A stretch of 64,000 bases of DNA from Solirubrobacteraceae bacterium (GTDB taxonomy: Bacteria; Actinomycetota; Thermoleophilia; Solirubrobacterales; Solirubrobacteraceae). The translations under genes were made by a program, and so were the position numbers. The number at the start of each line of letters is the position of its first letter. Position 1 is the first letter of the stretch. The DNA lies in NCBI GenBank assembly GCA_052147535.1, contig JBKQKK010000154.1, positions 11,595 to 75,594 of the forward strand, given 5' to 3'. The notes under the pieces are model-generated. The model was not told the DNA's origin, searched no databases, and was given only the letters and a program-made list of their open reading frames with translations. Below, in pieces: positions 19,205 to 28,244 of this stretch.

Positions 19205-19342
19205 GCCGCGATCGGCAAAGGGCTGGCGGAGTGGACGTTTGTCTAGGTGGCACTCGCACCGCAGCTGTGGCGCCAACAGCCCCTCAGTCTGAGGCTCCGC
19301 GGCGCGCGGCTCCCCGATCCGGCTAGCTAGGATGGTGCGGGG

Positions 19343-19633
19343 ATGGACCCGATCACGCTCAGAAATCGGCTGCTGGTGGCGACCGGGATGTGGCGCGAGG
19401 CAACCGGCGACCGGTTGCCGAAGATGGCGCCCGGCAACCCTGCAGACCAGATCCAGAGCTTCGAGCTGACGCTCGTCGATCGGCTGTTCGCGGACGCTAC
19501 GCCCGAGAGCGCCCGCGAGGTGGCCGACCGCACATGGGATCTGGTGCACGACCGTCCCGACAGCGACCCGGTCAAGCAGCGGGTGGTCGAGATCCACGAC
19601 GCGCTCGCGAAGATGACGCGGCTCGCCGACTGA
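19343..19633 (+). CDS. Hypothetical helical protein
   Basis: 96 aa, normal GC3 bias and protein-like composition; TAGGAT -10-like element upstream. Confidence 0.75.
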   Translation: MDPITLRNRLLVATGMWREATGDRLPKMAPGNPADQIQSFELTLVDRLFADATPESAREVADRTWDLVHDRPDSDPVKQRVVEIHDALAKMTRLAD

Positions 19634-19666
19634 GATCGCCGTCTGCAACATCGCGAGCACTTGCCG

Positions 19667-20068
19667 ATGACGGGACTGAGGACTGTGCGGCACACGCGTC
19701 ACTACACGTTGGAGCAGGCCCACGCGGCGCGCGGCTGGGTGGCGCAGCGCGTGCTCTGGGTGCGCATCGCTCACCACGCCCTGGAGGCGTTCGGGCCGGG
19801 ACTGGCCGCCGGCATCGGGGCGCTTGATCCGGAGTCCGGCGGCTCGTACCCCTCGCGCGAGCTCGCCGGCCCGCTCGTCAGGTTGAGCCGTGCAGTCTCC
19901 GACCTGGAGTCCGTTGAGGTGGTGCTGCGCGACGTTGACGGCGGGCGGGTCGACTTCCCCGCGATCCGCGAGGGTCGCGAGGTCTACCTGTGCTGGCAGC
20001 TGGACGAGGGCGAGATCCGCTTCTGGCACCCAGTCGACGCGGGCTTCGCGGGCCGCCGTCCGCTATAG
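19667..20068 (+). CDS. DUF2203-family protein
   Basis: RHYTLEQA, VVLRDVDGGRVDFPA, EVYLCWQLDEGEIRFWH...GFAGRRPL; start uncertain (19661-19685). Confidence 0.85.
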   Translation: MTGLRTVRHTRHYTLEQAHAARGWVAQRVLWVRIAHHALEAFGPGLAAGIGALDPESGGSYPSRELAGPLVRLSRAVSDLESVEVVLRDVDGGRVDFPAIREGREVYLCWQLDEGEIRFWHPVDAGFAGRRPL

Positions 20069-20443
20069 CCGCGTGTCCTCGATGCGTGTCCGGAACGAGT
20101 CGGCTCGCTCCACCGTCGCGCCCTCCACGTAGGCCCTGTCTGCCAGCAGCCGGTCGGAAGTTACCACCCTCACGGCGTGCGGCTCTACGTCCAGCTTGAG
20201 TCGGCGGATGATCTCATCGTCGGCGGCGTCACGGCGCGGTCTGGGCGCGTGCGCGACCTCGATCACGGTCGAGCGGATCGGAGGCGAGGGTCGGCGCTCG
20301 AACACCACCACGACGTCCTCACCCTCCTCGGCCGCCCAGCGCTCGAGTGCGTCTACAAGCCGCAGCATCGCCGCGTCGCGATCCTTCCACCACGCGTCGG
20401 GCCGCGTTCCGATCACGTTCATGCCGTCGACGAGCCAGCGCAT
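20063..20443 (-). CDS. NYN/PIN-like domain protein (YacP-like)
   Basis: WLVDGMNVIG, VVVVFE, ADDEI, VVTSDRLL; TACGCT -10 element 7 nt before the ATG. Confidence 0.85.
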   Translation of the reverse strand: MRWLVDGMNVIGTRPDAWWKDRDAAMLRLVDALERWAAEEGEDVVVVFERRPSPPIRSTVIEVAHAPRPRRDAADDEIIRRLKLDVEPHAVRVVTSDRLLADRAYVEGATVERADSFRTRIEDTRL

Positions 20444-20610
20444 GGCCGGCAGCGTACGCGCACGGACCGGGTCACGACGCCCGCTCCGTGCTAGCGTGAC
20501 GCGCGACAAGGCCGCCTGACGGCGGCATCAAGTAGGTGCAGGCCCCGGTGGTGATCGCAGAGAACCCTCCGCGGAAGCAGCACTTTTTAGCTACGGAGGA
20601 GTTCTCCACA

Positions 20611-20814
20611 ATGCCAACCGGAACAGTCAAGTGGTTCAGCGACGAGAAGGGCTTTGGGTTCATCACGCCTGACGAGGGCGCCAGGGATCTGTTCGTCCAT
20701 CATTCCGCGATCGCGGTCGACGGGTATCGGTCGCTCGCCGAAGGCGCCAAGGTGTCCTATGAAGAGGAGTCCGGGCCCAAGGGTCCCAAAGCGATCAACG
20801 TCGTAAAGCTGTAG
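20611..20814 (+). CDS. cspA: Cold-shock protein
   Basis: [34 protein letters not shown]; GGAGGAG RBS. Confidence 0.97.
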   Translation: MPTGTVKWFSDEKGFGFITPDEGARDLFVHHSAIAVDGYRSLAEGAKVSYEEESGPKGPKAINVVKL

Positions 20815-20832
20815 CCGTCGGCTCCGAGCCGC

Positions 20833-20871
20833 CGCCCGCTCCGCGCGCAGGCTTTCGCGGCGAAGCGGGCG
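20833..20871 (+). terminator. GC-rich hairpin after csp
   Basis: CGCCCGCT...AGCGGGCG outer stem with an inner CCGCG/CGCGG pair. Confidence 0.4.
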
Positions 20872-21025
20872 CTGGCGCGAGCTTGGAGCGCCTCGGTCGT
20901 GCACCCGCGGTCGCCGGCACGCGCCGGCGGCCGTGAGGCGCGCCGCTCGTGGCGCGAGTCATTTGTCGGCGCTGCGCTCTAACATCCCCAGTGGCCGCAA
21001 TGGCGATTCAACGGTCTGAGGGAGA

Positions 21026-22864
21026 ATGAGCAAAGTAGAAGAAGAACGCGAAGACGTGATCATCCGCTTCGCGGGCGACTCCGGCGACGGCATGCAGCTC
21101 GTCGGCAGTCGCTTCACTGACGCAACCGCGATGTTCGGAAACGACGTCGCGACGATGCCGGACTTCCCCGCCGAGATCCGCGCCCCGGCGGGAACGGTCG
21201 CGGGCGTGTCGGCGTTCCAGATCCATTTCGCATCGCGCGACATCCTCACGCCGGGTGAGCTTCCGAACGTGCTGGTGGCGATGAACCCGGCCGCGCTGAA
21301 GGCCAACGTGACGGAGCTCGACCGCGGCGCGACGATCATCGTTAACGAGGACGCCTTCTCGAAGCGCAACCTGGAGAAGGCCGGGTACGACACCAATCCG
21401 CTCAGCGACGGCTCGCTGCGCGAGTTCCGTGTGCACCGGATCCCGATGACGGCGCTGACCTCGCGCGCAGTCGAGGCGGTCGAGGGCGCATCGACTCGCG
21501 ATGCCGCCAAGGCCAAGAACCTGTTCGCGCTGGGGTTGCTGTCCTGGCTCTACGCGCGTCCAACCGAGATCACCGAGCGCTGGATCAAGGATAAGTTCTC
21601 TCGCAAGCCCGTGATCGCCAAGGCGAACCTTGCGGCCTTCAACGCCGGCTGGTCATTCGGTGAGACGACCGAGCTGCTTGACCATCAGTACAAGGTCGCG
21701 CCGGCCACGGGCGTCGCCCCCGGCACCTATCGCAACATCACCGGGACGACCGCGCTGACGCTGGGATTGCTGGCTGCAAGCGCCTGCAGCAAGATGCCGC
21801 TAGTGCTCGCCAGCTACCCGATCACGCCCGCCTCGGAGATCCTGCACGAGCTCTCGCGCCAGGCGAGCGGCGGCGTCAGCACGATCCAGGCCGAGGACGA
21901 GATCGCGGCCGCCGGAATGGCGCTCGGAGCCTCCTTCGGGGGCCGGCTCGGCGTGACCGCGACGAGCGGTCCGGGGATGGACCTGAAGGCCGAGATGATC
22001 GGGCTCGCGGTGATGCTCGAGCTGCCGATGGTTGTGATCGACGTCCAGCGTGCCGGACCTTCGACCGGGCTGCCGACAAAGCCTGAGCAGGCTGACCTGC
22101 TGCTCGCGCTGTACGGCCGCCACGGCGAGTCGCCGCTGCCGGTGGTCGCGCCGAGCACACCGGGAGGCTGCTTCGATGCCGCGTTTGAGGCGGTCTCGAT
22201 CGCCGTGCGCTATCGCACGCCGGTGATTCTGCTGTCCGACGGGTACCTCGCAAACTCCTCAGAGCCGTGGCGCGTACCGCCGGTCAGCGATCTTCCGCAG
22301 ATCGATCCCTGTTTTGCGACGGCGGCGCCGGACGGCGAGCAGTTCGCTCCCTACGCGCGCGACGAGCGGCTTGTGCGGCCCTGGGCGATCCCCGGCACGC
22401 CGGGGTTGCAGCACCGTATCGGCGGGCTCGAGAAGTCCGAGGGGAGCGGCAATATCTCCTATGACGGCGCCAACCATGAGCGCATGACCGAGCTGCGCGC
22501 GGCCAAGGTGGCCGGAATCGCACGTGACCTGCCGCCGCTTGTGGTGGACGCCGATCCAGACGCGAAGCTGCTCGTGCTCGGCTGGGGCTCGACCGAGGGA
22601 GCGATCCGCGCCGGCGCCCGCCGCGTCAGGCGGGCTGGACAGAAGGTGGCCGTTGCGCACCTGCGTCACCTGAATCCGCTGCCCTCCAACACCGGAGACG
22701 TCCTGCGGAGCTTCGACCGTGTCGTGGTCGCTGAGATGAACAGCGGTCAGCTCGCGCAGGTGCTGCGTGCCAAGTTCCTCGTGGACATCGAGTCCTTCAC
22801 CAAAATGCAAGGTCAGCCGGTCTGGGGATCGGAGATCGAGCGGATGATCATGGAGCACCAGTGA
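21026..22864 (+). CDS. korA: 2-oxoacid:ferredoxin oxidoreductase alpha subunit (gamma-alpha fusion)
   Basis: IRFAGDSGDGMQL, SYPITPASEI, QAEDEIAA, TATSGPG, DVQRAGPSTGLPTK. Confidence 0.95.
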   Translation: MSKVEEEREDVIIRFAGDSGDGMQLVGSRFTDATAMFGNDVATMPDFPAEIRAPAGTVAGVSAFQIHFASRDILTPGELPNVLVAMNPAALKANVTELDRGATIIVNEDAFSKRNLEKAGYDTNPLSDGSLREFRVHRIPMTALTSRAVEAVEGASTRDAAKAKNLFALGLLSWLYARPTEITERWIKDKFSRKPVIAKANLAAFNAGWSFGETTELLDHQYKVAPATGVAPGTYRNITGTTALTLGLLAASACSKMPLVLASYPITPASEILHELSRQASGGVSTIQAEDEIAAAGMALGASFGGRLGVTATSGPGMDLKAEMIGLAVMLELPMVVIDVQRAGPSTGLPTKPEQADLLLALYGRHGESPLPVVAPSTPGGCFDAAFEAVSIAVRYRTPVILLSDGYLANSSEPWRVPPVSDLPQIDPCFATAAPDGEQFAPYARDERLVRPWAIPGTPGLQHRIGGLEKSEGSGNISYDGANHERMTELRAAKVAGIARDLPPLVVDADPDAKLLVLGWGSTEGAIRAGARRVRRAGQKVAVAHLRHLNPLPSNTGDVLRSFDRVVVAEMNSGQLAQVLRAKFLVDIESFTKMQGQPVWGSEIERMIMEHQ

Positions 22865-23886
22865 CGACGATCACCACCAACGGCGGCGACACCGCCAAAG
22901 AACTTACAAAGCAGGACTTCCAGTCCGATCAGGAAACGCGCTGGTGCCCGGGTTGTGGGGACTATGCGGTCCTCGCTGCTGTTCAGCAGTTCCTGCCCGA
23001 GCTTGGGATCCCGCCCGAGCGGATCGTGTTCATCAGCGGTATCGGATGCTCAGGCCGGTTCGTCTACTACATGGACACCTACGGCATGCACGGCATCCAC
23101 GGTCGCGCTCCGGCGATCGCGACCGGCTTGGCGAGCGCGCGCAGCGACCTCTCGATCTGGGTCATCACCGGCGACGGCGATTCGCTGTCGATCGGCGGCA
23201 ACCACTTGATCCACGCGCTGCGGCGCAACGTGCCGATCAAGATCCTCCTGTTCAACAACGAGATCTACGGACTCACCAAAGGCCAGGCGTCGCCGACCTC
23301 GGAGCTCGGGAAGGTCACCAAGTCAACGCCGTTCGGCGTTTCCGACCACCCGTTCAACCCGGCTGCGCTGGCGATCGGCGCCGAGGCCACGTTCGTGGCC
23401 AGAACGCTTGATCGCGACCGCCACCACATGACAGACGTGCTCCGCGCGGCCGCCCATCACGAGGGCGCGGCACTCGTGGAGATCTACCAGAACTGCCCCG
23501 TGTTCAACGATGGCGCTTTTTTTGGACTGACTGAAAAGGGAGCCAAGGAGTCCAACCAGATCCTTCTGGAGGCTGGTCAACCGATCCGCTTCGGCGTCGA
23601 CGGCGAGCGCGGCGTGGCGATGGGAGCTGACGGCGCACTGCAGATCGTCGACGTCGCCGATGTCGGTGAGAAGGCGCTGCTGACCCACGATCCGGGCCGT
23701 GACGACCCGGGCTTGGCGTTCTCGCTGGCGAAGCTGTCAGACGACCCCACCGGGCCGACCCCGATCGGCATCTTCCGGGACGTCTCACGGCACGTGTACG
23801 GCCGCAGTGTTGCTCAATCCGAGGCGGCGTCGGTCGACGAGCTCGAGAAGCTGCTGCACGAAGGCGAAACCTGGACCGTCGATTGA
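22861..23886 (+). CDS. korB: 2-oxoacid:ferredoxin oxidoreductase beta subunit
   Basis: RWCPGCGD, SGIGCSGR, HGIHGRA, TPP motif GDGDSLSIGGNH, YQNCPVFN. Confidence 0.95.
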   Translation: MTTITTNGGDTAKELTKQDFQSDQETRWCPGCGDYAVLAAVQQFLPELGIPPERIVFISGIGCSGRFVYYMDTYGMHGIHGRAPAIATGLASARSDLSIWVITGDGDSLSIGGNHLIHALRRNVPIKILLFNNEIYGLTKGQASPTSELGKVTKSTPFGVSDHPFNPAALAIGAEATFVARTLDRDRHHMTDVLRAAAHHEGAALVEIYQNCPVFNDGAFFGLTEKGAKESNQILLEAGQPIRFGVDGERGVAMGADGALQIVDVADVGEKALLTHDPGRDDPGLAFSLAKLSDDPTGPTPIGIFRDVSRHVYGRSVAQSEAASVDELEKLLHEGETWTVD

Positions 23887-23917
23887 CCGCACCTCGAGCG
23901 GCGCAGCCCGACCGAGC

Positions 23918-24307
23918 ATGAGCCAGGCTCCGCAGATCGAGCTGCTTTGGTGGGAGGGCTGCCCCTCGACCGAGCATGCCCGCGAGCTTGTGGAAGTCGC
24001 TTTGAACGAGCTCGGGATCGTCGCTGCCGAGATTCGGATGGTCGAGGTACGCACCGATGCGCAGGCTCGGGCGCTGCGCTTCCGGGGCTCGCCAACGATC
24101 CTGATCGATGGAGTCGACTTGGTGGAGCTGACGGCTTCAAACCGCGTGGCGCCGGCCGGCGAGCCGGCGCCTGTGGCGCTCGCTTGCCGCGCCTATCGGC
24201 GCCGCGACGGCCGGATCTCGCCGCTGCCCGACCTCGAGGACGTACGCGAGGCCCTGCTGGGCGCCGTGCAGATACGAACGCGCCCCGTCAGCGGGAGCGT
24301 GGCATGA
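23918..24307 (+). CDS. Small thioredoxin-fold protein (DUF2703-like)
   Basis: IELLWWEGCPS, FRGSPTILIDGVD, LACRAY; ATG at 23918. Confidence 0.75.
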   Translation: MSQAPQIELLWWEGCPSTEHARELVEVALNELGIVAAEIRMVEVRTDAQARALRFRGSPTILIDGVDLVELTASNRVAPAGEPAPVALACRAYRRRDGRISPLPDLEDVREALLGAVQIRTRPVSGSVA

Positions 24308-24840
24308 GCCTGGCGCTCGGAGATCACGCTCCCGTACGCGAGCTTCCCGACACCGAGGGCCGGAGCTGGTCGCTCACCGAGACCGAGCCGGAACAGGCTG
24401 GGGTGACGGTGGTTGTGTTCACGTGTAACCACTGCCCCTACGCGATTGCCTGGCATGACCGGATCGCCGACGCCGCGCGCGACTATGCCGGACGCGGGGT
24501 GCGCTTTCTGGCGATCAACTCCAACGACGCCGTGCGCTACCCAAATGACTCGTACGAGATGATGCAGCGCCGCGTCGCCAGTGAGGACTGGCCGATGCCC
24601 TACCTGCACGACGCAACGCAGGAGGTGGCGCGCGCGTTCGGGGCGAAGACGACGCCTGATCTGTTCGTACTCGACGCCGACGGCGTCGTTCGCTACCGCG
24701 GCGCGCCCGACGCCGACTACGATGATCCGAGCCTCGAGGCTGCGTGGTTGCGCGACGCGCTTGACGCCGTGCTCGCCGGCCAGACGCCGCAGCGTGCGCA
24801 GACGCCGCCCGTCGGATGCTCGATCAAATGGAAGCCGTGA
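24304..24840 (+). CDS. Thioredoxin-family (AhpC/TSA-like) protein
   Basis: VVVFTCNHCPY CxxC, FLAINSND, YLHDATQEVARAFGAKTTPDLFV, VGCSIKWK; ATGA overlap with the upstream gene. Confidence 0.92.
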   Translation: MSLALGDHAPVRELPDTEGRSWSLTETEPEQAGVTVVVFTCNHCPYAIAWHDRIADAARDYAGRGVRFLAINSNDAVRYPNDSYEMMQRRVASEDWPMPYLHDATQEVARAFGAKTTPDLFVLDADGVVRYRGAPDADYDDPSLEAAWLRDALDAVLAGQTPQRAQTPPVGCSIKWKP

Positions 24841-24994
24841 GCCCTGCGCGAGACCCACATTCGGCTGCCACAGACTGACTAAATCCGGTCGCGGCGCTAG
24901 GTAATTTCGGTCACTGAGCTCATGGAACCCAGTCGACCTGCCGATGCAACGAAACATGCACCGCTGGTGAAGATCCGGTAGAGTGCCGCAAAAT

Positions 24995-25140
24995 TACCCA
25001 GCCGAGTCTCCGTCGCACGTCGTCGGAGAACGGGGAACCCGATGTGTGAGCCATAGGCTCTTGGGGCGAATCGCCGCACTCAGTGTGGCGTAGCGCAAGC
25101 TCTTTCAGCGCGAGTCCGACAGCTAACCCCGTAGGCACCC
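24995..25140 (+). ncRNA. Cyclic di-AMP (ydaO/yuaA) riboswitch
   Basis: Conserved blocks ACGGGGAACC, TTGGGGCGAATC, GTAG, GACAGCTAACCCCGTAGGC; upstream ATGCAC-N17-TAGAGT promoter; precedes a cell-wall hydrolase. Confidence 0.9.
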
Positions 25141-25158
25141 GAAAGAGAAGGGGAAAGC

Positions 25159-26181
25159 TTGTCGTACTCGATTGCAGCGCGAATAAGGACAGGAGCGCGA
25201 ATAAGGACGGCTTTAGCGGTTGCGGCCTTGGCCGTTACCGCGTTCGCGGCCAGTCCGGCGCTCGCAACGGCTCAGCCATTGGGGAGCCGCGTTCTGTATC
25301 TCGGTATGCGCGGCCCCGACGTGCGCACGCTTCAGCGGGATCTGACGGCCCTGGGCTTGACCACCACCGCCAACGGCGTATTCAACCGCGTGACACGCAG
25401 CCACGTGCTCGCATTCCAGCGCCGCTATCAGCTAGCTGCCGATGGCGTCGTGGGGGCGCTCACGATCGCCAAGCTCGAAGCCGTGGTGGCTTCCAAGCGG
25501 AGCTTGGGTGCGACCGCCTCATCGTCCGGGACGGCTAAGACAGGCGCTGCCAGCCTGGTTTCTGCAACTCCGTCTACCCCTTCGAGTCAGAAGCCCAAGA
25601 CGCCGAGTACGCCGACGCCCATGCCTACGTCCACGACGTCCACGACGCCCACGCCCACGACGCCGACGACCACCACGCCGCCGGCCGCAACCGGCACAAC
25701 GACGGGCGCAGGCGGGATCGGGACCGAACCGAGCAACGCCCCGATCGAACCGGTCACGCTCAACGCCGATGGCCTTGCGGTCCCCCCCGCGGATGCGCCG
25801 GCGGCGATCGTCGAGCTGATCGCTGCAGCAAATCGAATCTCGCACCTTCCCTACATTTACGGCGGCGGTCACGCCGTCTATCACGGCAACCCGGTGGCCC
25901 TGGACGCCGGTTACGACTGCTCCGGCTCGGTCAGCTTTGCGCTGCACGGCGCCGGCATGCTCTCCGAGCCGCTGGACTCCACCGAGTTCGAGAGCTGGGG
26001 CATGCAGGGCGCGGGGCGCTGGATCACGATGTACACCAACGACGGCCACGTCTACATGAAGGTCGGGGGCCTCTGGTTTGACACCGGAGCGCAGAGCTAC
26101 GCCAACGGCGAGGACCGCTGGTCGACCACGCGCATGTCGCCATCCGCTGGGTTCATGGTGGTCCATCCGAGGGGCTGGTAG
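25159..26181 (+). CDS. Secreted peptidoglycan-binding protein with NlpC/P60-like C-terminal domain
   Basis: Signal peptide; PG_binding_1 (GPDVRTLQRDL...DGVVG); Thr/Pro linker; YIYGGGH, YDCSGSVS, HVYM. Confidence 0.88.
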   Translation: MSYSIAARIRTGARIRTALAVAALAVTAFAASPALATAQPLGSRVLYLGMRGPDVRTLQRDLTALGLTTTANGVFNRVTRSHVLAFQRRYQLAADGVVGALTIAKLEAVVASKRSLGATASSSGTAKTGAASLVSATPSTPSSQKPKTPSTPTPMPTSTTSTTPTPTTPTTTTPPAATGTTTGAGGIGTEPSNAPIEPVTLNADGLAVPPADAPAAIVELIAAANRISHLPYIYGGGHAVYHGNPVALDAGYDCSGSVSFALHGAGMLSEPLDSTEFESWGMQGAGRWITMYTNDGHVYMKVGGLWFDTGAQSYANGEDRWSTTRMSPSAGFMVVHPRGW

Positions 26182-26198
26182 CGCCGCGAGCACGGCAC

Positions 26199-26247
26199 TT
26201 GAAGGACGCTTGGGCCCGGCGCCTGCCCGCCGGGCCCAAGTCTTCAA
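26199..26247 (+). terminator. Strong hairpin after the hydrolase gene
   Basis: TTGAAG..CTTGGGCCCGGCG-loop-CGCCGGGCCCAAG.CTTCAA. Confidence 0.75.
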
Positions 26248-26354
26248 ACCGGTTGGCGGCGCGCTTTTGGGGGTTCGCGCAGCAGTGCTCGCAGGCAGCC
26301 GGGCGGTGTGGCAGGTTTTCCCCTAGCGATCACGACGCGCGGCATAATGCCCTC

Positions 26355-27509
26355 ATGAGCGCACTGTCAGAGCTGTACACGATCCCGCAGGAATATCTCG
26401 ATTTCCGCGACACGATCCGCCAGATCACTGTTGAGCAGATCGCCCCGCGGGCCGCGGAGATCGATGAGAAGGCGGAGTACCCGCACGACCTGAGGAAGCT
26501 GCTGTCGGAGCAGGACATACTCGGACTGCCGTTCGACACCGAGTACGGTGGAACCGGCACCGGCACGCTGATGCTGAACATGGCGATCGAGGAGATCTCG
26601 AAGGCCTGCGCGTCCACAGCGCTGATTCTGATGGTGCACGAGCTCGGGACGCTCCCGATCAAGCTTTATGGCTCCGAAGAGCTCAAGCAGAGGTTCCTGC
26701 CGAAGTGCGCCAGCGGCGAGTGGTCACCCGCGTTCGCGCTTTCGGAGCCGGATGCGGGCTCCGACCCGGGCGGCATGATCACGCGGGCCGTCAAAGACGG
26801 CGATGAGTGGGTGATCGACGGCGTCAAGAACTGGATTAGCAACGCCGGCATCGCAGACTTCTACATCGTCTTCGCGGTCACCGATCGTGAGGTCAGCCAT
26901 GCCCGCGGCATTACCGCGTTCGTGGTCGAATCACAGCGCGAGGGCTTCAGCATCGGCAACCTCGAGCACAAGCTGGGGATCCGTGGATCACCGACCGGCC
27001 AGCCGGTGCTGGACGGCGTGCGCGTACCGGACGCGAATGTGATCGGCGAAGTCGGGAAGGGCTTCAAGGTCGCGATGGGGACGCTCGATCGCTCCCGCCT
27101 TGGCGTGGCCTCGCAGGCACTCGGGATCGCGCAGGGCGCGACCGACTACGCGGCGGCCTACGCCCGCGAGCGCAAGCAGTTCGGCAAGCCGATCAGCGCT
27201 TTCCAGGCGATCCAGATCAAGCTCGCCGACATGGAGACCCACTGCGCGGCCGGGCGCGAGCTGCTCTATCAGGCAGCCGCGAAGGTCGACCGCGACGATC
27301 CCGACATCGGCAAGTACTCCGCGATGGCGAAGCTGTTCTGCTCGGATGTCGCGATGAGCGCGACGATTGAGGCGATCCAGATCCTCGGCGGCTATGGGTA
27401 CGTCAAGGACTATCCGGTCGAGCGGATGATGCGCGACGCCAAGATCACCCAGATCTACGAAGGCACAAACGAGATCCAGCGCCTCGTGATCGCACGGACA
27501 ATGGGTTAG
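26355..27509 (+). CDS. Acyl-CoA dehydrogenase
   Basis: FALSEPDAGSD, GVKNWISN, KLGIRGSPT, QILGGYGYVKDYPVERMMRDAKITQIYEGTNEIQR. Confidence 0.96.
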   Translation: MSALSELYTIPQEYLDFRDTIRQITVEQIAPRAAEIDEKAEYPHDLRKLLSEQDILGLPFDTEYGGTGTGTLMLNMAIEEISKACASTALILMVHELGTLPIKLYGSEELKQRFLPKCASGEWSPAFALSEPDAGSDPGGMITRAVKDGDEWVIDGVKNWISNAGIADFYIVFAVTDREVSHARGITAFVVESQREGFSIGNLEHKLGIRGSPTGQPVLDGVRVPDANVIGEVGKGFKVAMGTLDRSRLGVASQALGIAQGATDYAAAYARERKQFGKPISAFQAIQIKLADMETHCAAGRELLYQAAAKVDRDDPDIGKYSAMAKLFCSDVAMSATIEAIQILGGYGYVKDYPVERMMRDAKITQIYEGTNEIQRLVIARTMG

Positions 27510-27513
27510 CACG

Positions 27514-28212
27514 ATGCGCGGCGCGCCGTCATCGCTCCGCCAGGTCGCGGTTGCGGCCCTGGCAGCGATGACGGTCGGCATCGGTCTGCTGACGCTGGTG
27601 GCAGGCTTCAACAGCGATTTCCTGGTGCGGTTGCTCCAGGGCCTTGCCGTGTTCGGCGCCGGAGCTTTGCTGGTGGGCGGTGCCGTGGTGCTCGCGCTGG
27701 TGAGGCTGGCGGATTGGCGCGACCCGGAGTCCGAGAAGGAGTTCGAGGCGCTCGTGCAGCGTGCCGAGCGTCTCGCCTCGGAGGGGTCATGGGGCGCCAC
27801 CGAGGATCACGAAGCACCTGCCGGCGAGGGTCACCAAGCACCTGCCGGCGAGGAGGATGAAGACTTCTACCTGCTCGATGACGACGATCATGACGATGAT
27901 GAGCAGGACTTCAGGGCTCTGGTGCGCTCGGCCGTGGATGAGCTGCCACTTGAGTTTCACCGTGCCCTCGAGCACGTCGCGGTCGTCGTCGCCGATGGCG
28001 GTCGCAAGTACCGCGCGTACGGCCTCTACCAGGGCGACACGATCGCCCAGGACTACTTTCACGAGCGGATCGTGATCTTTCGAGACACGCTGATGCGCGA
28101 TTTCGGCCACGACCCTGAGCTGCTTCGCGCGCGGGTCACGCGTACCTTGCGCCACGAGCTCGCCCACCATCTCGGCTGGGGCGAGAAGGGCGTTCGTAAG
28201 CTCGGCTTGTAG
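27514..28212 (+). CDS. Membrane-anchored zincin-like metallopeptidase (DUF1025-like)
   Basis: Two N-terminal TM segments; YGLYQG, IVIFRDTL, TLRHELAHHLG (HExxH). Confidence 0.85.
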   Translation: MRGAPSSLRQVAVAALAAMTVGIGLLTLVAGFNSDFLVRLLQGLAVFGAGALLVGGAVVLALVRLADWRDPESEKEFEALVQRAERLASEGSWGATEDHEAPAGEGHQAPAGEEDEDFYLLDDDDHDDDEQDFRALVRSAVDELPLEFHRALEHVAVVVADGGRKYRAYGLYQGDTIAQDYFHERIVIFRDTLMRDFGHDPELLRARVTRTLRHELAHHLGWGEKGVRKLGL

Positions 28213-28244
28213 GCGCGCCGCTCAGTTCGTGCGGCTTGCGCCGC

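Noticed and set aside
17467-19340. Mobile element around the lower-GC gene
   Set aside because: No transposase, integrase, tRNA, terminal repeats or target-site duplication; lateral origin rests on composition only.
23918-24307. Selenoprotein
   Set aside because: Both Cys codons are TGC and there is no in-frame TGA.
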